Notes under the pieces: model-generated
The model's database searches: none
Told to the model about the DNA's origin: nothing
What the model saw: only the letters and a program-made list of their open reading frames with translations
Assembly: GCA_010093605.1 (NCBI GenBank)
Contig: MU004188.1
Location: 1,367,673 to 1,431,672 of the forward strand
Reading direction: 5' to 3'
Origin: Lophium mytilinum
Lineage: Eukaryota
DNA: 64,000 nucleotides
Program-made: the position numbers and the translations under genes
Part shown: positions 38,501 through 50,700 of the stretch, piece after piece
How the letters are laid out: each line of letters opens with the position of its first letter
Position numbering within the stretch: the first letter of the stretch is position 1

Positions 38501-41500
38501 GGAATAGAGTTATCTAGGTAGAGTAAGTATAGTAAGAATACTAGCTAAACTCTTCTATTAATAAGATTCTATAGTAGCTTAAGCTTATACACCGCTCTAT
38601 AATTAATAATATATTTAATCTAATAGAGGCCTATATTTTTATAATCTAAGAACTTATTTTTACGCTCTATCTTAATATTCCGTGCGTTAAGCTAGACCTA
38701 GTTATTTACCTTTATTAGCGGCGGCGGGTTATAGTATTAGTTAGTAAATTTAGCTTATTTATCTTTTACCTAGGTTATGCGCTACTATCCTTCTATAAGA
38801 ACCTTCTATAGGTAAGTAATATACTAGTCTATAAGTACTAGGTTTATATAAGTATAGTAGGCTACTTCTTACTATATAGGTATAGGGGGTTTAATACTAT
38901 ATCTTAGGTAAAAGCTATAGTTAAAGAAAAATAGTAAGAAATCTATAGAAGCATTAACTATATTATTCGCTATAAATTTACTAATTAGTAGTTAGTTAAC
39001 CTAATTATTCTATTAATAGTTTATAAATAACTATAGAAAGGCTTTTATAAAAGAATTAGTATTCTCTATCTATCTATTAGTCTCTAGATAGTATACTATT
39101 AATATCTATAGATTAACGCCTAGGCATATATATACTCTATACTAAAAGTTAAATATAAAATTTATGCCTAGATTACTAATAATCTATTATAGAAGGCTAT
39201 ATAGCCGGAAAATCTCTTAAATAAATATATCTATAATATTCTTTACTATTATACTAGCTATTAAAATATAATAACGTTATTTAGATATATAATTAATTAC
39301 TATAAGAATTAAGGTATATTTAATGCCGTTTCTAGTATATAGAGAAAGGTCTATAATAAAATTAAATATAATATTAGTCTAATAGTGCTCGCCTACGGGC
39401 AAGCTGCGTAGTAGACCTTATTTCTTACTTCTAGAGGCCTTAGCTTAGTGGCAGCCGTAATAGGCTTAGGTAAATTACTTAACTAAGTCTATTATCTTAG
39501 GCTAGAAGTAATATTTCTAGAGAAGCTTATAGGTACTATATTTTTCTAGGTAACTACTTATAGGTACTATATAGAAGATCTATAGTAACTATAGTTATAG
39601 CGCTATATAGTCTAGTATATATAGCCTACTATAATAGTATAGGTAGGCATCTACTCTATTACTAAGAATTTTAAAAGCCCCTATATCTAGGTTTCTAAGT
39701 AACTAGCATAGCTCTATAGAAAGGGTGCGCGCTTTATTCTATACTAGCGCTATTAGTAAGTGCACTATAGAGTCTATTAGTTTCTCTAGTAGTAGAGGTA
39801 ATTAATAAGTGTTATTAATAAGATTACTAAGTAATTATTTAGGCTCGGCGCTAGGCTCGGGCGCTACTACGGGTAGCGCGCCGTCTTCTTATATAGCGGC
39901 GGGAGCAAGCTAGAAGAAGTTAAGATAGAGGCTTATAGCTAGTAATAGGTTAAGTATAAGATAATATAGAAGCTCTTTAAATAAGAAGCTTAGTATAGAG
40001 TTAGCTAATAGGCTACTTATTATATAGTTTATCTATTTAAAATCTTCTAATATATTACCTAGTTCCTTCTTACTAATAGTTAGCGCTACGCCTAGGCCTA
40101 AGTAATAACTCTTAAGTATAGTCTAATGCTAGAATTAGTTATATAGATTATTTAGCCTATATAGTAGATTCTATAATTATCTAGTTAAGCTATTAGGCTT
40201 AATACTAAATACGCCTAGTTAGTAGATAATTTTAAAGTTAAATCTAGCAAGAAACTCTACCTACTATACCTAATATCTATTTAGCTACTTAGTTATTATA
40301 AACTATTTAAGGTTGTAATAGTTTATAAGGATTTCTATAGAGTTCTCTAGGTCTATGCTAGTAAGCTTAGATTACTACTACTTAAAGGCTTTTATAATTA
40401 TAAGTAACTCTTTATTATATATCTTATAATTTATCTCTTATAGCGTTATCTTTATAGAGAAGAAGGTAATAGAGTATAATAGCCTATTCTCTTTTATCTA
40501 TAATATAACGCTGGTAATAATATAGTTAGATACGTCTATTTCTATATAAACCTTCTTTCTATACTAGAAGTAGGCGAGGATAGAAGCTAAGGTAAATACG
40601 TTCTTTAGCGTTAGAAAAGCTACTTTATAATTATCTATCTACTAGAATCGCGGCTATAGTATTCCTTTCTTATTCCTTTTAATAGAGCTATTACCTATTA
40701 TTTATATTATAGATATTAGAGGGTATATAATGCGGAAGAAACTATATATAAAACGGCGGTAGAAATTAGCTAGGCCTAGAAAGGCTTATATATCTTTAAT
40801 GCAGGTAGGTATTTACTAGCTTATAATAGCTTTAACCTTCTTAAAGTCTATCTAAATTCCTTCTATTATAATAATAAGACTAAGGTATTTTACTTATTTT
40901 ACACTAAATTTAGATTTTTTAATATTAGCTTATAACCCGTGTTCGCGTAATTATTAGAGGACTTTCTTAATATATATTTTATATTGCATCTTATTAGTAG
41001 AGTATATAAGAATATTATCTAGGTATATAGAGGTAAAGTTATTAAGATAGTTATATAAAGTATTATTAATATACCCTTAAAACGTTACTAGTCCTCTAGT
41101 AAGCCTAAAAGAAAGAACTTTTAATTTAAATACGCTATATCTTATAGTAAACCCTATAAGGCGCTTATTTTCTAGCCTTATCTAAATCCTATTAAAAGCT
41201 TCTATTATATCTAGCTTAGTAAATAACTTTATATAGCTTAGCTAGTTTATAGTTTCTTATATAAGTAGAATTAGGTATTATAATTTAACTATAAGGGCGT
41301 TTACGGCTTAGTAGTCTATATAAAAATATACTTCTCCGCCTAGCTTATAGACTAAGAGTATAGGTAAAGAGATATCTAATTATGCAGGTTCTATAAATCC
41401 TTTTACTAGGTTATTATTAATCTATTTCTTAATAACCTGTAATTTCTCTTTTAATATTAGATATAGGCGTGCGCGTAGAAGCTTTACTTCTATATTAGGT

Positions 41501-44500
41501 AGTAGATGTATTTTATAATTAACTTCTAGATAGTTAGGTAGTAATATATTAGTATTATATTAATTAAAAACGTCTATATATTAATAATATATCTTAAAAA
41601 GCTTATAGAGTATCTCTTTCTTAGTTATATATATTTTTGCACGGAGAAACTTATTAATATCTATTATTATAATTGCGTTTACGCGTTCTAGAACGTCCGC
41701 GCCTTATTATATAACTAGGATTTAGATACTATTATTATAGATAAGTATATTATAATCGGCGTTAATTTCTTAAAGAATATAGAGCAGTAGTTTCTCTATA
41801 AGCTATTTATTTTATATATAAGAATACGCTAGTTCTATAGAGACGTAATATATATTAGAAATAACCCTATTATTAACTAGTATTATCTTAGGGTAATAAA
41901 AAGGGCTCTATACTATAATTATATTATAATATTATATATAATAGCGGCGATAGTATAGTTAGAAGAAATTAATACGCTATTTATGCTAGTTAATTATAGG
42001 GTTATACCTATCTAGCTATTTATAGCCTAGAATAAGAGAGGCCGGGCTAAGATCTATAATAAAGGCCTCTATCTATTTAGTATATCTATTAAGGTTAAAG
42101 TAGATAAGCGTAATATAGGTAATTTTCTTAGCTATAGCGCCTCTATCCGCTAGCTCTAGTATATAAGCTTAAAGTAAAGAAATTAGGAGTAAGTTATAGA
42201 TATACGCGTAAGTAGTATTAATAAAGATATATATAGCTCTACTATTAATAAGTAAAAGAATAGGTATTATAGAAATAGGCTTACTATTCTTATATATTTA
42301 TATATCTCTAACTAGCTTTAGATAGTAATTATTCTATAAAGTAATATCTATTTAAATTAATACTTTACTAATTTTAAGAGTCTCTATAGAATCTAGCCTA
42401 ATTCTATTAAGCTTATTAATTATGCCTACTACTTCTTTATATATTAACTATATAACTAGTATTATATTACTACTACTTACTATAGGCCCTAAGTTGCGGC
42501 TATAACCTAGGGCTAAGTATTTCCCTATCTATAGCTATAGCCTTAATTTTAGCCTTAGCCTTAGCCCTATAGGTTAGCGTTATTTATAGCGCGGATAGCT
42601 AGGGCGCCGGGTTAAGCTAGACGCAGATAGTTAGGGCGCTAATTAATAAGCTAAGCTATAGAGTAGTTAGAGTTTTCTTTCTTATATTCTAGTATGCGGT
42701 AATAGTAGTAACCTTCTATAGCTCTTAGCGCGGCGCGCTTATTATTAGTAAGCACGCTAGGGGGCTACTAGTCTATAGGCACGTTAACGGGGCCCTATAG
42801 CTAGCTAGTATAGGGGTTAATATTATTATCTACTTCTACTATAGTAATAGTAAGTAGAGTATAGTTAGTATTATATAAAGTATATAGTACTTAAGGCTAG
42901 ATATAACTACTATACTAATAGCCTCTATACTATTCTCCGCGCTAATACTCTTTATACTAATAACCTCCGCGCTAGTATACTTACTATAGCTAGAAAGAAG
43001 TTATTATATATATATTGCGTAGGGTACGCGCAGTACTATTATACTAATAATAGTATATAGCCGCTACTATATCTAATATAGTAGAAAATAATTTACTATC
43101 TACTGCACTCTTAGTAATCTAGAGTAGAGTAAGTTTATAGAGTACTTTTATAGTATCTTTATTATAGTTCTATTATAGTATTATATTAGTTTATTCTTCT
43201 ATATAGCTATAGAAGTTATCTATTTCCTTACCCTTCTACTAGTATAGGTTACGTAGTATCTTATAAGTAGTAGCTTCTATATTAGGGTTAAAAAATTAGG
43301 CGTCTATAAAAACCTAGCCTTTATTTATTATATATAGCTTATTTATAGATATCTACTATAAGATTATAAACTTTCTAGTAATAGAGTTAAGCTTAATTTT
43401 AGATACTATATATATAAGCTGCGCAGCGTCTATAGTAAAGGCGCGGCCTCTATCTATAATTTTAAGTATAATATAGGCCTTCTAACCTAGGTATATAGCC
43501 TTATTACTATTAAACTCTAGTATATTAGTAATATAGTTTTATAATAGTAAGTATAATTAATAGCGCTTAGATTAGTATTAGCCGCAATCGCGACTTTAAA
43601 GGTTATTATTATCGCTAGAGAAACTATTAGAGCTAGAGCTAGAGCTGCTAGAGTTACTATAGTCTAGGTTATAGCGCTTTTTCTTACGCGCCTTAGACTT
43701 TTTAGAGCGCTTCTTATACTTAGAACTATTCTAGTCTATTATATTATTATTCTTTAGTAGAGGAGGTAGTGCGCCTTCTAGGCTAGTTATAGTTATTATA
43801 GTAGAAAAGAACTAATTAATTATATTAGAACTAGTAGTTACTATATTCTTCTTTAAAGTTATAGCCGTTACTATAAGTATAGGTCTATTAGGTATTATAA
43901 TTTCTAGCAGAATTATAGCTAGTATAGTAGCTATAGTGTAGTATTTAAGCTATATAATCTCGCCTTTAAAAGCTTTAATTACAATACCTTAGGTCTTATA
44001 AGCCTTCTTTATAAACTTAAAGTTCCCTTTTTAGATAGCAACCTAAGTAACTTAATAGTTGTATTTAATCTTTAGTTTTTTAAGCTTTATCTTTATCTTA
44101 TTAAGCTTATACTCTAGCTTCTCTATATTAGTAGCTTATTTAAGTATCTTATTTACTTTAGAAGCTAGCTCTAGCTCTTGCGTATCTAGTTTATCCTTAA
44201 ATACTTAGATTATATTATTAGCTAATACATTAGTAAGCGCATCCCGTTTAGCTTTAGCATCTTCTTATTTCTTTTCTAGTACAACTATCTAGGCGGTAAG
44301 TTTCTTAACTTATTCTTCTAGAATCTTAACCTTATTTTCTTTCTCTTAAACTAGATTCTATTTAAGGTTAAGCTTATCTTAAAGGGTTTTATAGCTATAT
44401 TTAGTATTCTTATATATAATTTTCTTACGCTATGCTTATAGCTTATAGCCTTAAAGAATCTAGTATTACTTTTTAGAATTTACCTTAATAAGAGTAAGGT

Positions 44501-46059
44501 AGGCGTTAGCGTTATTAATTTAAATAAGCTTAAGCTTTTTAGCTTAGCTAACTATAGAGTAATTAATAAAAGTAGAGTCCTTTATAAAGTAGCCTAGTAT
44601 AGTTCTTATTAGTTCTATTAATATATTACTAATATAATAGGCGGGGGTATTAATCTTACTTATTAGAGGCCTATTAACGCTATACTTCTCTATAGTTTTA
44701 TTAATGTTTCTATTATTTTAAGTAAATATACCGGCCTAGCTATAACTAAGAGTCTACTAGGTCTTCTCTAGAAGGTTTATATCTTACGCGTACTATTCTA
44801 CCTATAAGAACTACTTTTCCTATAACTTAGTCTTACGCTAAAGGCGCTCTTATAATAGGGAGACTAATATCTAGGGTTTATTATTATTAGAGTTAGTAGA
44901 GAAAGTAGAGTAAGTATATAGAGGCTTATAGTTAGATTTAATATAGATAGGGTTTTCCTTATTTAATATAATAAGTAATTATAGCTAACCTATAGGTTAT
45001 AAAGAGGTGTAGAGTATATATAGTAAAGTGCTAGTTAGGGTTAGTAATATAAAGAGTATAGAGGTAGAAAAGGTAAGCGTAGTAAGTAGACTTAGAGAAA
45101 GTAGTAATATAGCTAAAGCTAAGTTAGGTTGCGCATATAGTAAATAATTAGTATTTAAATAGCTACTTATTTTAGTAGAATCTAAGTAAGTATATAAGCT
45201 ATTACTAAGCAGCCTATAGGTAATTAACTAAGTAGCCTATAGGTAATTAACTAAGCGGCCTATAGACTAGGTACTAAGTAGCCTATAGGCTTATAATTAA
45301 GTAGCCTATAGGCTTTTTTCTAAGTAGTTCTATAGAATATTTATATACGCCTATAGGCCGTAAAAACGTAATTATATAGACCTAGGGGTTACTTAACTAA
45401 GCGGACCCGTAGGTTAATAGTAAGGCTTTAAGAGAATATAATTAGTAGCTTACGCAGTTAGGCGGGAAAGCTATAGAGTTAAAGTAATAATATTAAGGCT
45501 GCTAGATAGTATATAGTCTAGCTTTATAATAAGTAGTTAGAATTATATAAAAAGAAAGTCTAGTATATAGATAGTATATAGTATTATAGGTAGTAAGATA
45601 TAGAGGTATATAGAATAAGAAGTAGAATTATATTATAAGACGTGCTGTAAGAAGCTAGAGTATAAGGCTACTTATAATCTATCTAGAGAGATATATTAGT
45701 AGCGGAATAATAATATTTCTAGCGAGCACGTAATAGCTAGGAAAAGAGGCCTAGATCTATTACACTAGTATTAGTAGATAGATAGATAAAAAGAGAGTAC
45801 TTCTAGAAACTTCTAGAAGCTAGAAGGGTAGCTACTTTATATTATAGTATAATAGTAGATTATAAGAGAAGACCTAATATTAGTATATATAGATAAAGTA
45901 GCTATAAGAGAGAAAGAAGAGTATAGAGCGCTAGCTAAGAGGTAGATAAGGCTAGTACTAAGTCTAGTTATATAATAGTAATTATATACTAAAGAGTATA
46001 TAATACTATTATATATATTAGAAATATATTATAATAGAGGTTATATTATAGCTATAATA
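29530..46059 (-). mobile_element. Ty3/Gypsy chromovirus 'B', full length (~8.2 kb without nested C), inserted in the leader of E
   Basis: 220-bp LTRs 29530-29749 and 45840-46059. TSD TATAG (29525-29529, 46060-46064). PPT complement at 29750. RT Y(M/I)DD remnant 32937-32948. Chromodomain-like LLQYKIRYTGY..W..PEW at ~30250-30320. Confidence 0.94.
37454..45764 (-). mobile_element. Ty3/Gypsy chromovirus 'C' (A-related), full length (8311 bp), nested in the leader of B
   Basis: 183-bp LTRs 37454-37636 and 45582-45764 (the latter still ends in ..TACA). TSD CCAGT/CTAGT (37449-37453, 45765-45769; one C>T). PPT complement at 37637. RT YLDD remnant 41014-41025. Confidence 0.94.
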
Positions 46060-46222
46060 TATAGTCCCGCGTACTCTTTAAGTCTTCTTATAAGACTTTA
46101 AAAAGCGCGCCCCTTTAAAAGCTAACTAAAGAAGATACCTAATAGTCTATCTAAAAAGAAGATATTTAATAGTCTATCTAGATAATATATATAGATAATA
46201 CTTAGTAGGCTATATAAAAGAA

Positions 46223-46294
46223 AGAGAATTAGCTTACCTAAGAGAACTAGCTTACCTAAAAGAACTAGCTTATCTAAGAGAACTAGCTTACCTA
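46223..46294 (+). repeat. 18-bp tandem repeat (AGAGAACTAGCTTACCTA) x4 in the leader or gag start of E
   Basis: Directly visible tandem units. Confidence 0.85.
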
Positions 46295-47787
46295 AAATAA
46301 AAATACTACTAAAGATAATAATATTAATAATTCTATATATACCCCGGACCTAATAATCTATAGCTCTATTACTAAGTACTATACTTTTAGCCGGGGCTAT
46401 AACTAGGGTATATTTCTTAACTCTATTAATAATATTACTAAATTTCTAGATTATTTACTTCTACCTAGTAATAAATAGTTTAATAGCTTAATTAAGATTA
46501 TAGACTTTTAAGACTTTCTTATATAAGTTTAAGCTAACTCTATCTACTTCTTCTATATTTTTAGAAGCTATTAAGCTATAACTAAGATTTTCTAGTAGAT
46601 ATATAAGAATAACTAGAAAGCGCAGTATAAACTTTAAGATAAAATTAGAGTTCTTAAAGATAAATATAATAAAAAGAATAATAAGTTAGAAGCTATATAT
46701 AAGAAACTTAAGCGCCTACTTAATATTAAAACTAAACTTAGAGAATATAAGAATAAACTTTATATCTATAAGAATAAAATTACCTCTCTCTAATTAGATA
46801 TTAAAGTCTAATAGAAGAACTATATTTAAGCTAATAAATAGTCTATAGAGTAAAAGAAGATTATTAAGCGCCTTATAGCTAATCTTACTTAAGTAGCTAA
46901 AAATAAGTATAAATATAATACGCGCCTTACTACTTTAGAAAATAAAATTAAAATACTATAGATACTTTAGTATACTTCTATATCTATACTAACTATATAA
47001 GCTACTTCTATAATAGCTATAGTACTCTATTAAATATATCTATATATACTACTACCTATTAACTCTATTACTATAGTAGCTAAAGATCTACTTATCTTTC
47101 TTAATAGAGTAATTAAATTAGAAGAAGCGCAAGCTAATAATAGCCCCTTAGTAGACTATAATACTAATTAACCTTACTATACTATAGAATATATAAGTAA
47201 TAAAAATTAAGCTTACTATACTATAGAGTATATACATAGTTACTATAACTCTAGCCTACCCTTATCTAATAATAGAAGCTCTTTTTATCGCCGCAATTAT
47301 ATCTATAGCCTATCTTATTATTATAACTACTTTTATAAGTATTACTCTTATTAATACTTATACTTATACTTATACTTATATTTATAAAATATAAGCTATT
47401 ACTACTACTTTTACTAAGACCTTTATATTAAGATATCTAAAGATTATTAAAACCTTAGTATTACTCTAAATAGAGTTTCTTATATAAAAGATAAGTTCTA
47501 GCTCTACCTAGATAAGTTTAGAGGTAATAAAGATAAGTACTCTAAGTTTTATTATAGATTTCTAAATAAAGTTAACTATAGTAGCTATACTATAAGATCT
47601 AGTAAACTCTTATATCTTATTTATCTTAGTAAGTATTTTATAGGTATACCTCTAAAAGGCTTCTACGCCTAGTAAGATAGCTACTAGCTTTTTCTTACTA
47701 TCTAGAAAGCTATTATATTCTTAGACTTTTAATATAATAATTTTAATAAAATTAGTACTACTAAAAATAAGCTTTATAAGCTTATCT

Positions 47788-50700
47788 TATAGGGGGCCGA
47801 TATAATATAAGTAATAAGGTATATTAACTATTATAAAAATCTAAGCTAAGAAGAAGAGAGAGAGCTAGAAGCTCTTAAGAGGTTATAGTTTAACGCCGGC
47901 GTATAGGCTGCGGCCTAGCGCCGGGCTAGCGTCTTACTTAGATTATATAAGGGGCAGCACGTAACCTTAGTATATAATTATTAGAATTCTAGGTTTATAC
48001 TATAATACTATCCCCCCCTTTAAAAGCTAAAGTTCTATAAGGTTTATAATATATTATAGCTTCTCTATCTATTCTATTCTTTCTATTCTATCTATATTAA
48101 GCTACTTATGTAGCTCTTCTATTTATATACTTACTATTATATATAGTTATTAGTATAGCCTTACTATATCTATTATTTTCTTTCTTATATTTACCCTTAT
48201 ATTTATTCTTATATTTATTCTTATATTTATCCTTATAGTTATTTTTAAGTACTATAAGTAGACTATATAAATTAACCTAAGGCCTATTATTAGCTTCTAT
48301 CTATTAGAGTTCTACTTTAGGTTACCTATATAGAATAGCCTTCTTATAAGATAACTTAGCTACCTAATAAGGTTGCTGTTTATACTTACTTAGGCTAGTG
48401 CTAAGAATATTCTATAGGCCTACTATTACTGCAGTAGCGCTTACGCTCTTATCTATTATCTTAGTAACCTTCTATTTAGATATACTAAATATTAAATAAG
48501 GTTCTACTTTAAGGCTATATTTATTATAATACTCTATAAAAAGCTTATTATAGCTATTTATATTCTAGTAAGGTTTCTATTTAGGCTAGGTATTATTATA
48601 ACCTATCTAGGCTATCTTATATATAAGGTATAGTTTCTTACCTATATATAAATCTAGTTAGCGGCCGTTAAATCTAGAATTAAGAACTTTATTAATATAG
48701 TACTACTCTATAAAGCTATCTTCTTCTATCTTAAGTATAGATAGGGGTTCTAGATATTATTCTAGAAGGGGCGGATTCTTATTAATTTAATAGAGTAACT
48801 ATAGATAGAATACTAGAAAGATTTCTTTTATAGACTTAGAAAGTTCTAGCTTATATACTATATTATTAATAATACGCGTTATATAGAAGGGACTAAGATT
48901 CTTATAGTTAAGAGACTTACTTAGTTATATAGTATAGATATTCTTTATATTAAGTATAACTATATTATTAACTTTAAACTTAGAGGCTAGTAAATAGTTC
49001 TAGTTAGCTAGTTTCTTTATTTTAGATTAATTCTAATATAGTTTACCTTTAAGAAACTTGCGTAAGTTATAAATTTATATAATAAGCTTCTTAGTAGCGT
49101 CTATACCTTATTTTTTAGGCTCTAGTATAATAATTCCTTATAAAGAGGGTTTAAGGCTACTTCTTAGCGTATATTCTTTAGTAGCCTTAAAGAGGGAGAC
49201 ACCTATAGACTAGTTAATATCTATATTAGCTTTAAACTTAGTAAAGGTAATAAGGTTTACCTAATTATTCTATAGGTAATAGATATACGCGCATAGATAC
49301 TACTTAAGGCCTATATTAATAATCTCTATCTATCTATTAGTCTTTAGGTAGGCTATAGTAGATAGCTTTAGATATATATCTATGCGTTTATATAGGTGTT
49401 TCTAGAAGAAAGATATAAACTATACTTTATAGTTAGATATAATATAGTCTAAATAGCCTTCTTTATACTAAATCTAGTTAATAAAGGCTTATATAATATC
49501 TTCTAGCTCTATAGAGTCTAGAGGAATAAACTTATACTTTTTAAATAGCTAGTTAACTACTACTATAATATATTAGTATATATAGCCCTTAACTATATAA
49601 AAGGGTAGCTTAGTAATAAAATTAATAGATATATCTATCTAGTATTAATTTAGAATAGATAGAGGCTTAAGTAAGCTATATTTACCTTCTTTATAGACCT
49701 TTATATATCTATATATAAAATAAGTATTAATATATATAGTAATAGAGTTTATAATACCTAGCTAGTAGTACTAAAAGAAGAGGTAATAGTAGAGGGAGTT
49801 TCTTCTAGTATAGCCTCTAGAAAAAGAGTTATAGGCTTTCTTAATTAACTATATATAGAGCTTCGCATTATATAGAATATATAAGCGGCTATTAATAAAT
49901 AGCCTATTTTTATAAATTTTATAGTTGCTAAGCTTAATTTTAATTTCTTATTTCTAAATAAGTTTAAGTAGAATTTACTATTTACCTATTTCTTTTATAT
50001 ATATAATATACTAGAGAATATTATTCTCTATATATACTTAATTAATCTACTAAATAGTAGTATTATTAGTATAGTTCCCTAGTAAGTCCTTATCTAACTT
50101 ATTACTAGACTTAGATACCTTTAGCGCTCCTTCTTTAGCGGTAGGACCTATAGGTGCGGGTTTAGGGGCGATTAACGCAGTAATATTAGGGGCAGCGTTG
50201 CGTAGATCTTTATCTAACTTACTATAGTCTACTACGGCCTTAGTTAAGTATCTCTTTTCTTTAGTCTTATTAGCGGCTAGAATAATATAGAGAATATTAG
50301 TTAGGTACTATTTAGCTACTTTATATATAAGCTAGGTAATTCTAATAACTAGAACTTTCTATTTATTTAGAAGCATGCTAGCTAGTTAAAGGGCTTAGTA
50401 TATACTATTTAGTAAGTTTCTCTTTTTTAGAATAGTTTATATTTAATATATTATTCTAGAATTATTTAGATTATCTAGAATATTACTAGGCCTATAAATA
50501 AGGCTATTAGGCTTAGTTAACTACTTGCCTAGTTACTAGTTTAGAATAAAATTAAACTATAAGAAGTATTTAGCCTAATAGGCCTAGCGGTGGTTAAGCT
50601 ACTTTAATAATATAAAGTATTTTAGGTTCTTATAGTCTATTTAGATAAGTATAGAGTTAATAACACCTATAAGTTTAAAGCGCTATTTCTTAAAGGCCTA

